Shown one piece after another: positions 53,401-64,000 of a stretch of 64,000 bases of DNA (positions are counted from its first letter, which is position 1; every line of letters begins with the position of its first letter). Both the position numbers and the translations under genes were made by a program. The DNA comes from Eledone cirrhosa (taxonomy: Eukaryota): assembly GCA_964016885.1 (NCBI GenBank), contig OZ024741.1:16492001-16556000 (forward strand), read 5' to 3'. The notes under the pieces are model-generated. The model made no database searches, was not told the DNA's origin, and worked only from the letters and a program-made list of their open reading frames with translations.

Positions 53401-53445
53401 GTTTAAAAAGACTGGAGGCGATAAGAAGCGTGGCTTCACCAACCA
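47474..53445 (-). mobile_element. Full-length Tx1-clade element, copy B, head-to-tail with copy A
   Basis: ORF1 ~53231-51210 with intact CYLCGSKGHLRAFC knuckle; ORF2 51177-47767; (TAA)n at both ends. Confidence 0.92.
47767..51177 (-). pseudogene. Tx1 ORF2 (APE-RT) with an early stop (~51124) and a frameshift (~48695)
   Basis: ORFs 48694..51075 and 47767..48678 are collinear with copy A ORF2. Confidence 0.9.
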
Positions 53446-53467
53446 ATAATAATAATAATAATAATAA

Positions 53468-54975
53468 TAAACTATTTGCAAAAAATGATGAACAATTGCC
53501 AGGGCTATTATCCACTGTGAAGCAGTTCAGTGATGACATTAAAATGGAGTTTGGACTAGATAAATGCGCCAAAGCAACGTTCACCAGAGGAAAGCTACTG
53601 AAAAGTTCAGACATTAATCTTGATCGGGGGAATGTGATAAGAGAACTTGATCAAGAGGAAACTTACAAATATCTAGGTGTTTGTGAAGGAGACGGAATCA
53701 AGCACTCGACAATGGGGGAAAGGATAAGGAAGGAATGTTACCGCAGAGTAAGAGCAATCTTAAGAACGGAATTGAATGCAAGGAATAGGATCGATGCCAT
53801 ACCAGTAGTATCCTACAGTTACAATGTCATCAACTGGTCAAGCACAGAGATCCCTAGGCTCGATACAAAAATTCTAAAATTCTTAACCATGCACAGAATG
53901 CATCACCCTAAGGCAGATATAGATCATACTCCATTACAAAAGATTGCCAAAGATACAGTAATGGACTACAAATTTCAGAAGTTCCATTTAGTGCTGAAAT
54001 GAAAAACACAGAAAAAGCAAAGCAGGTAAAAGTAACTGCAAAGAAAGGACTGCTACAGAAACTGGCTAAGAAATGGCAAGAAAAACCTCTGTATGGAAAA
54101 TACCCAGAAAGAGCTAACAATCCTGATGTTGACAAAACTTTAACCCATCAGTGGTTGGCATCCTCTGGACTGAAATCGGAGACTGAAGGACTAATTATAT
54201 CAGCACAAGATCAGTGTCTGCCAACAAAAAATTACCAAGCCAACATAAAAAATGGATGCACCCCATTATGCCGTGTATGTAAAAAACAACCAGAGACCAT
54301 TGATCATATAATTTCAATGTGCAGTCCTATAGATCCAACCGAATACCTAAACAGGCACGACAGAGCTGCACAATACATACATTGGATAATGTGTAAGCAT
54401 TTTGACCTGCCCCATCAAAAGAATTCGTGAGAGCATCAACCACCTCCCCTACTTGAAAAAGATCACATCTCAATGTTGTGGAACTTTAGCATCCAAACAG
54501 ACCGAAAAATAGATGCAAATAGACCTGATATAATATTGAAGGACTTTAAAAAGAGGATATGCCTGCTAATTGATATGTCCGTTCCAATAGACAAGAATGT
54601 ATCTATAAAAACATTTGAAAAATTGAGCAAGTATAAGGATCTGGAGATAGAAATTGGAAAAATGTGGAAATTGAGAACTAAAACAATACCAATGGTTGTA
54701 GGCTCTCTAGGAATGATACCTAAGGGGTCTAATGATTACTTATCACAAATCCCAGGAAACCCGCGTATAGGAGAAATACAAAAGATAGTACTAATGGGAA
54801 CTGCCCATATACTAAGGAAGATTCTGTTAATATAAGTACATCACAAGTCTAAACACCTAAAGATGCATGTGTGTGTATGTATGTTCTTTCTTGAACATGG
54901 CGGACCTTGTTGTCTCTTGAGGTTACTGGTTGTGACTTGGTGATAACTCGTATGAACATAAAGATAAATGCAACT

Positions 54976-55025
<50 letters not shown>
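53468..55025 (+). mobile_element. 5'-truncated R4/Dong (family B) with internal deletions
   Basis: Near-identical to 58425-60115; starts directly after (TAA)n and ends in (TAA)n. Confidence 0.92.
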
Positions 55026-55027
<2 letters not shown>

Positions 55028-55450
55028 AATAGACCTGACCTGGTGGTTTTGGACAAAGAAAAAAGATCGTGCTTGATTGTGGATGTGGCCTGCCCATTCG
55101 ACACGAGAGTGCAAGAGAAGGAGAGGGAGAAAATTAACCGATACCAGGACTTAAAGTGGGAGGTAAAAAGGATTTGGAACTGCCATGAAGTGAAAGTGGT
55201 CCCGATTGTCATAGGTGCACTAGGTACTAACTCAAAAAGTTTCCAGGGATGGTTAAAGAAAATTGGCCCCGCCACGCTTTTTGGAACGCTTCACAAGGCA
55301 TGCTTGCTGGGAACAGCAAGAACCCTCCGATACGTCCTGAATATCTGAGGCTGCAGGTAGTGGCTTGATATTCATTTCAACAAACTTTCCAGTTAACTAA
55401 CATCAATGACTGAGACTCAAAGAACAATAATAATAATAATAATAATAATA
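55026..55450 (+). mobile_element. Short 3' copy of Dong family A
   Basis: Near-identical to 41162-41580; (TAA)n on both sides. Confidence 0.92.
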
Positions 55451-56139
55451 AGAAGAAGAAGAAGAAGGGAAGAAGACGCACGTGGTGGATAGAAGGTCAT
55501 GAAATCGCTCCCGTAAGTTTTTGATTTTTAACATATTTAAATCAATTGTGAAATAACAATTCTTAGTACAAATGATACATAAAGCACCAGACTCAAGTCT
55601 CAGAAAAATTCGGATCCATAATATATTGTTATATCGCTCAAATATTCAATTTTGTATTATACATTTTATATTCAAAAAAGAAAATGGTTATAAATGGAAG
55701 AAAACCCCCTCTGTCTACACTATATAGTACAGCCAAATAACAGTAGTTTCACCAACACCAGAAACTAGATACACCACCTATCCCATCACTGCCGCCACCA
55801 CGCCTTCATTGCTACCACCACTATTCCCCCATTACCTTCTGTTAACTTAAGAAAGGGGAAGGTGGCGGTATCACTAGACAAGGGAGAGGCTAGCAAAAGA
55901 TATAAATAGATTGACTTAGTGACCCGGCCACCGGCCAAACGTCAACGACTATGGCACTGCTGGCTCCCCCTTCCCCACCAACAATAGAAAAAGCCCCAGC
56001 ACCACCACCGACATAGCCAACAACAATAACAGGCAACTTCAGCAAAAAGTATATTATATTATTAATAATTTCATTCTTGAGCCACGCAATGCTCACATTA
56101 AGGAACCACTCATGATAATAACAATTTAAAAAACAACAA

Positions 56140-59100
56140 AAAAGAAAACGCCGTGACCAAGAAATACCGGGATGGCGGCCGGCGGGGAATAGCCGTGTCT
56201 CTAGGGGAGGACGACCCCTCTAGTCTTGGTTGACACTCGTCCTAGAAGTGGTAACACGAAATGATTACCCCTTGGCGGATAAGGATAAAACGCGACAAAA
56301 TAAAGTAAATGTCTAATGATAAAATCTCATACCGGATCGGCCGTCACCCGGGTCAAAAAGGGCCGCGTCCCTCAGAGAAGAACCAGACTGGGGTCGAAAA
56401 ATCAGCTAATGGTTCAAACCTTCCCATCACTTCGGAGCTGGAGACCTCCCATAACCGGAATACTCCTACTGTTGGCCCTCCATGCTCACCACCAAGAAAT
56501 CCAAAGAAAAAGAGAGAAAAATGGTCAAGGGAAGATAATAAAGAAGTCCTTGAGGCTTTCTACACTGCCATGTACTACCCATCAAATACATCGAATACAG
56601 AACAGACATATATCAACTGGAAAAAGAAACATCCCGAAAACAGAGGTTATATTGACAGTAACAAACTAGCCAATATACGAAGAAATATTGTAAAAAAAAA
56701 GTTACTAACTGATATAGAAATTGATCAGATCAAGCTATTAGCACAAAGTCAGCGAAAGGGAAATGAAACATGTGTCAGTGAAAACGAGGTAAATTGTAAC
56801 ACTTCGAATCCCAGGGTTGGGGCGGAATCATTGACAACAGAACAAATTAAAGAAAGGATCGAAAAAGTGGAGGGAGTGCATGCTCAAGATGAAACTCCAA
56901 ATGAAAACAATGAGATCGTAAATGATAAAGAAATGAATGAGAATGAACTTGCCAACTTGAAGGATGAAATTATGATCGAATGGATGAAAATGAAAGAATC
57001 TGACATGGGGCAACGAGACACCCTCCCTAAGATCCAGAACTCCAAACAGAACCAAAAGATAATACACAAGACTAACATAATTCTCAGAAACATTATCATC
57101 ACAAACAAACTAAACATTACTGATTTAAATCATCTCTATTATGCATCGGCTAAAGTCACCACTCACTTATGTGGAGTGAAGATGAAAAAACAAAGGAATT
57201 CCCACAAGAAATCTACTTGGCAAGAGAACATCAATCGCCAAATAAACCTTCTCCGATCTGACATAGAAATTTTAACAAACTATAAAGTAGGCGAACATGT
57301 TAAACAAACTAAACTTAGAAAATTGAAAAGAAAGTACAGTATAAAATCAACAAGTGACATAGACATGCTGATAGAAATAATCAAGCAAAAAGTGTCGGCC
57401 AAAGCTGCTCGTATAAGGCGCTTTGAAAAACGATCTAGATTCTATAAGGACAATAATATGTTCAAAAACAACCAAAGAAACTTCTACAGAAAAATTGGTA
57501 AGTCAACAATAACTGCTAAATCAATACCACCCAAGGAGGAAGTGCATGAATTCTGGGAAAAGATCTGGGCCGAAGAAAAAGTTCATAATATACATGCCCC
57601 ATGGATAGACAGACAAATGAAAGATACAGCTCACCTTGAGGAACAAATATGGGAAAATATAACAGTTGAACAGTTGCGTTTGGCTCTAAGAAAAACCAGC
57701 AAATGGAAATCCCCAGGAAAAGACAAAATACAAATGTTTTGGATAAATGCCTTCACAGAGTCTCATGAGCTGTTAGCCCAACTTTACAATGAAATAGTTA
57801 AGGAGCCAGAAAAGATACCATCATGGCTAGTTAACGGCATTACATTCCTGCTTCCGAAGAATGATGAGACAAACAATCCCAAAAATTACAGACCGATAAC
57901 TTGCTTGACCACAATGTATAAAATTTTAACATCAGTCCTATCTGAATATACATATGACCACCTGATAACAAATGACCTATTTCCCATTGAGCAGAAAGTG
58001 TGTAAACGAGGCTCATATGGCTGTAAGGATCAGCTTTTGGTTAACAAAATGATACTGGAAGATTGTCATAATAGACACAAAAATCTATCAATTGCTTGGA
58101 TAGATTATAAAAAAGCATTCAATAGTTTGCCACACAGTTGGATTGAAAAATGTTTAGAGATTTTCAAAATATCTCCCGTTGTCAGGAGGTTTTTGTCATT
58201 CAGTATGAAGACATGGAAAACGACACTCCTTTTGAATAGTGAAACAAAATCACTGGAAGCTGGAGAAGTTAATATTAATTGTGGAATTTTTCAGGGTGAC
58301 TCTTTATCATCGCTTTTATTCTGCATTGCACTTATACCATTAAGTAAAATGCTCAATGAAACAAAACATGGATATAAAGTCTATGACAAAACCATTAATC
58401 ACTTGTTCTACATGGATGACCTGAAACTATTTGCAAAAAATGATGAACAATTGCAAGGGCTATTATCCACTGTGGAGCAGTTCAGTGATGACATTAAAAT
58501 GGAGTTTGGACTAGATAAATGCGCCAAAGCAACGTTCACCAGAGGAAAGCTACTGAAAAGTTCAGACATTAATCTTGATCGGGGGAATGTGATAAGAGAA
58601 CTTGATCAAGAGGAAACTTACAAATATCTAGGTGTTTGTGAAGGAGACGGAATCAAGCACTCGACAATGAGCGAAAGGATAAGGAAGGAATGTTACCGCA
58701 GAGTAAGAGCAATCTTAAGAACGGAATTGAATGCAAGGAATAGGATCGATGCCATAAACACTCTTGCCATACCAGTAGTAACCTACAGTTACAATGTCAT
58801 CAACTGGTCAAGCACAGAGATCCGTAGGCTCGATACAAAAATTCTAAAATTCTTAACCATGCACAGAATGCATCACCCTAAGGCAGATACAGATAGAATA
58901 TATCTCCCTAGGAAAGAAGGAGGACGTGGGTTAATCCAGTTAGACATTGCGTTGAAAACTGCAACAATTGGATTATCTACATATCTAAGGGAATCACATG
59001 ATTGGATGATCAAACTCGTTTTGAAACACGAAAGCATCAAAAGATCATACTCCATTACAAAAGATTCACAAAGATACAGTAATGGACTACAAATTTCAGA

Positions 59101-60117
59101 AGTCCCATTTACTGCTGAAATGGAAAACACAGAAAAAGCAAAGCAGGTAAAAGTAACTGCAAAGAAAGAACTGCTACAGAAACTGGCTAAGAAATGGCAA
59201 GAAAAGCCTCTGTATGGAAAATACCCAGAAAGAGCTAACAATCCTGATGTTGACAAAACTTTAACCCATCAGTGGTTGGCATCCTCTGGACTGAAATCGG
59301 AGACTGAAGGACTGATTATATCAGCACAAGATCAGTGTCTGCCAACAAAAAATTACCAAGCCAACATAATAAAAAATGGATGCAGCCCATTATGCCGTGT
59401 ATGTAAAAAACAACCAGAGACCATTGACCATATAATTTCAATGTGCAGTCCTATAGCTCCAACCGAATACCTAAACAGGCATGACAGAGCTGCACAATAC
59501 ATACATTGGATAATGTGTAAGCATTTTGACCTGCCCCATCAAAAGAATTCGTGGGAGCATCAACCACCTCCCATACTTAAAAAAGATCACATCGCAATCT
59601 TGTGGAACTTTAGCATCCAAACAGACCGAAAAATAGACCTGATATAATATTGAAGGACTTTAAAAAGAGGATATGCCTGCTAATTGATATGTCCGTTCCA
59701 ATAGACAAGAATGTATCTATAAAAACATTTGAAAAATTGAGCAAGTATAAGGACCTGGAGATAGAAATTGGAAAAGTGTGGAAATTGAGAACTAAAACAA
59801 TACCAGTGGTTGTAGGCGCTCTAGGAATGATACCTAAGGGGTCTAATGATTACTTATCGCAAATCCCAGGAAACCCGCGTATAGGAGAAATACAAAAGAT
59901 AGTACTAATGGGAACTGCCCATATACTAAGGAAGATTCTGTCAATATAAGTACATCACAAGTCTAAACACCTAAAGATGCATGTGTGTGTATGTATGTTC
60001 TTTCTTGAACATGGCGGACCTTGTTGTCTCTTGAGGTCACTGGTTGTGACTTGGTGATAACTCGTATGAACATAAAGATAAATGCAACTGTAATAATAAT
60101 AATAATAATAATAATAA
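56140..60117 (+). mobile_element. Essentially full-length R4/Dong retrotransposon (family B)
   Basis: Single ORF 56309-59949 with one frameshift at ~59636; (TAA)n tail; 5' boundary approximate. Confidence 0.92.
56309..59949 (+). pseudogene. R4/Dong polyprotein (Myb-like N-terminus, RT, CCHC, RLE) frameshifted in the endonuclease
   Basis: [35 protein letters not shown] 10-nt loss relative to 54508-54524 breaks the RPD motif. Confidence 0.9.
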
Positions 60118-60253
60118 TTTTTTCTACTTTTGGCACAAGGCCAGCAATTATCCAGTACATTACTGGTACTTTATTTTATCGACCCCGTAAGGATGAAAGG
60201 CAAAGTTAATATAATAATAATAAATTCAATTATACTCATTGGAAGCCTTTTTG
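60113..60253 (-). mobile_element. SINE 3' part carrying the same insert as 39200-39345
   Basis: Direct similarity including tataataataataaattcaattatactcattggaagcctttttg. Confidence 0.8.
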
Positions 60254-60536
60254 ACCGTCTGCCTCACGAAGGTTACGGTCAGTGAACAGCGTTTTAGATT
60301 GCTTCGTTTCATGCCAGAAATCAGCGTTCTCTGTCCAAGGTATTGCATATCTCTTTCACCTCTCTCTATCTACCAGTACACACACACATACACACACACA
60401 TAGAAAATATATTAGGTATGATCCCGATTGCTTACAATTACTACTCAATCAATGATATATGGTTTGGACGTATAATCGAGCAAATTTGTCCCAGCGTGCT
60501 AACCAAATATATATTCATAATATGTGTATATATATG

Positions 60537-60603
<67 letters not shown>

Positions 60604-60719
60604 ATATATGGTTGGCGGCTGAGAGAAAGGAGTATTCAATACCGAAGTAGAGTTTAAATATTCAATATTATGAAGGTGCTGTGATCAGGAGAAACAGAGA
60701 CAGATAGAGTTCCTGCTGG

Positions 60720-63183
60720 CCCTCACAGACAGGCTGTTCATGGAACAAGCACTACTCCTCCCAACAAGAGGCGAGAATGTCCTGGATCTCTGCTTTACAA
60801 ACAACGCAGTGCTCATCCACAATATAAAGGAGACACCAACGATTTTCTCGGATCATAACATAGTAGAACTAATGATATGTGGTTTGAGAGAGTCACCAGA
60901 GACGCAACCATCAAGAAGCACCGGGAATTTATCCAGCCTCTCACAAGGCTAACTGGAAAAAGATCAAGAAAGATATCTGTAAGCAAAAATGGAGCGACAA
61001 CATCACCACACAAGACACCAACACACATTTTCAACATTTCATGACAACAATACGAACTATATGCCATAGGTTTTTCCCGGAGAAAAAGGCCAACGGACAC
61101 AAAATCTTATTCCCAGAGACAGGAAAATCCTTGAGATGAAGAACTAAGCTCTCAAACCAGTTAAATGCACAACAGAAAAACAAGAAAGAGCCCTGTTTGA
61201 AACAGGCACTCAAACTGCACTCAAACTTTCCCATGAGAAAGAGAGGTTAGAGAGAGAAGCCAGGGCCATAGAAAATATTAAAACAAACCCTAAAACCTTC
61301 TTTAAATTTGTAAAAGAAAGTGCCTCGGTACACTGCATGATTGGGCCACTCTACCATAAAAATGGTTCATTAACCGAGGTTCCTCAAGGGATAAGTGAAA
61401 TACTGAATGAACAGTACAAAAGGGTATTCACACTCCTATTGAGGCACATGAAAATAACAAAGCCAAAGGATTTCTTTGATGCCACAACACTCCAGAAAGA
61501 AATGGCGACCTTCAAGCACATAAACATAACAGAGGTTATATCCGTGATAGACGAAATTAGAACAAACTCAGATTCTGGACCTGATGGATTAACAGAAATC
61601 CTCCTATAAATGTGTAAGCGTGCCTTAACAAGAACTCCGAAGACCCTCTTCAGAAGTTCTTTGGCTAGCGGTAAACTACTCTGAGAGCTAAAAGAAGGCA
61701 CAATATGCCGTATCCATAAAGGAGGAAGTAGAGCGAAGGCCAAAAACTACCGGCCAGTCTCCCTGACATCACATATCAGTAAGATCATGGAACGAATCAT
61801 CAGAAAGAAACTGATCGCAGCATCAGCATAGCTTTCGCCCAGAAAGAAGCTGCCTTACACAGCTGTTACAATACTATGACTGGGTACTGAAACAACTGCT
61901 AGACAGCTCACATGTGGACATGATATATCTTGACTTTGCGAAGGCCTTTGACAAGGTCGACCACGGAATGATATGTCACAAACTACACAGACTCGGCATA
62001 ACTGGAAAAGTAGGTGAGCGGCTGCATGATTTCTTAAAAGACAGAAGACAGACAGTTGCAGCTATGGGGCCCTCTCAAAAGAAACATCCATAACAAGCGG
62101 CGTGCCCCAGGGCACAGTCTTGGGACCACTTCGAGTTTTGGTAGCTCTCTCAGACTTGCCCTCTGTAGTACATACAACATCCTCACTAGCTTTGCTGATG
62201 ACACAAAGGTAGCAGAGGTAATCAAAAACCCGGCTGATGCTACCCTTTTACAACAAGATATGGATGCCATATACAAATGGGCTGAGGAGAACAATATGCA
62301 GTTTAATGCTGGAAAATGTCAAGCCTTACAATACCAACCAGCAAACACAAAGACAATACAATACAGCTACACCGGACCAAGAGGGATCGAAATCCCCGTG
62401 TCGAAATCGATACGAGACCTGGAGATAGACATGAGCGACGATACAACTTTTTCTTCACACATCATGAGGGTGGCGACAATGTGCAGACGACTCACTGGTT
62501 GGATCTTGGGGACTTTCCGGACAAAAGACCGAGAGACCATGTTGATACTATGGAGGACATTTGTCCTAAGCCGCCTGGACTACTGCTCCCAGCTGTGGTC
62601 ACCCCAGTGTATCAAACTAACGATGGAGCTTGAGGCAATCCAGCGAAGCTACACAAAGAGGATTGCGACGATGAAGGAGATAAGCTACCGGGAGAGGCTA
62701 AAAGAACTGAAACTCTACTCCTTGGAACGAAGACGGGAGAGATACGCAGTGATATACATATGGAAAATCCTGGAGGGACTAGCGCCAACATTTTGCATTG
62801 AGAGCTGGACCAACTCCCGAACAGGACGTCACTGTGTGGTGCCAAAGGTCCCGTCTTCCACATCTAGAATAAGGAGCAGATATGGCAATAGCCTGGGGTT
62901 CAAAGGCCCTCAACTCTTCAACGAGCTGCCAAGAAATTTGAGAGATCTGCATGGTTTGGCTGTGGATATTTTCAAGAAACTTCTCGACACCCTGCTATCC
63001 AGGATCCCGGATGAGCCCACAGCACGGTACGAAGGTAACCCAAGGGCAACAGCAACTCTCTCTCTCTTGCATCAATGGCCAGCCAACACAGGATGGAGAT
63101 AGAAGGTGTAGCAACAAGGGCGGTGCTCCAGCATGGCCTCAGAAGGATGGCTGGAACAGGTAAAAGAGTAAAAGAGTAAAAGA

Positions 63184-63186
<3 letters not shown>
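60720..63186 (+). mobile_element. CR1-group LINE, 5'-truncated and degenerate, (TAAAAGAG)n tail
   Basis: PTRGENVLDLCFTN..FSDHN (APE end); NYRPVSLTS, YLDFAKAFDKVDH, FADDTK, LKLYSLERRRERY. Confidence 0.9.
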
Positions 63187-63272
<86 letters not shown>

Positions 63273-63511
63273 CGTGTGTGTGTGTGTGTGTATATCTTTC
63301 TTCTAACTTTGAGAAAGACCAAAAAATTCGTATTTCGTCTGTAAAATACTGAGGTATTTTTTACTCAGAATAACTTAATAGAGAAGAAAACCCAATTTTT
63401 AATCAAATATTTCACATTCAATACTTACTGCCACCTGTTGTTAGATAATGGAAGGTGTTGAGGAGGAAACTATTGTTGCTGGGATGTGCTTAAGGCATTA
63501 CTTGGCCTTAA

Positions 63512-63597
<86 letters not shown>

Positions 63598-63599
<2 letters not shown>

Positions 63600-64000
63600 G
63601 GGTTTGAGGTTCACCACTGTATAAAGCTGGTCTATTCCGTATGGTCAATCGTAATGCAATAATATAGAGAGTACTCAACGTAAAGCAGTTCAACCGTCTT
63701 TGTTTTTGTAGTTGGTGGTGCTATTACGGAGTTAAATATTATAATGAAATGACAGGAGGCTGGATTTGTGTAAATCCTTGAAAGGTTTATTATACTATGA
63801 TCATTTCAATGACCGGGTTCCGTATGAATCCGGTGATATCATCAGGTATTCGAAATATAATACGTGAATGTAATAGATAAAATCCATGGGGCTGAAAATC
63901 GAGGACCCGAGGGCGACCGCTATTCTGCTCCTTCAACTTCAGCCGGTCGCCCTCGAGTGACGTGGCTAAAGTTTACAGTATGCTACTACCGGTCAGATAA
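63598..64000 (-). mobile_element. HHR-bearing non-coding element, same family as ~12.5-12.75 kb; runs off the window
   Basis: The reverse complement gattttcagccccatggattttatctatta..gaatacctgatga matches 12589-12650. Confidence 0.7.
63792..63849 (-). ncRNA. Type I hammerhead ribozyme, palindromic stem III, AUA site
   Basis: atac CTGATGA tatcaccggattcatacggaacccggtcatt GAAAT gatc ATA gtat aataaa; ATGATCAT is a palindrome. Confidence 0.75.

Noticed and set aside
56170-56285. HDV-like ribozyme in the Dong 5'UTR
   Set aside because: GC-rich hairpins are present and R4-type elements can carry one, but I could not assign the nested pseudoknot by eye; it needs a descriptor search.

Overview
AT-rich, microsatellite-dense eukaryotic DNA. 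The repeat and SINE types suggest a cephalopod such as Octopus (inference). No host gene is recognisable, and nearly all non-simple sequence is mobile DNA: RTE, CR1-group, CRE-like, Tx1 and R4/Dong non-LTR retrotransposons, two Penelope-like GIY-YIG remnants, tRNA-derived SINEs, a non-autonomous Helitron, a mariner remnant and a ~434-bp higher-order satellite. Two patterns stand out. (1) About ten type-I hammerhead ribozyme (HHR) motifs lie in short non-coding elements inserted in (TA)n tracts. These elements show Penelope-style partial tandem repeats and head-to-head inversions, and several inversion apices fall at the predicted RNA 5' end or inside the ribozyme. This is a candidate retrozyme-like, non-autonomous Penelope-dependent system. 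(2) A ~22-kb nest (38.4-60.3 kb) holds Dong, Tx1 and SINE copies, nearly all bounded by (TAA)n, and the SINE 3' tail resembles the Tx1 3' tail. All calls were made by eye, without database searches or folding software.
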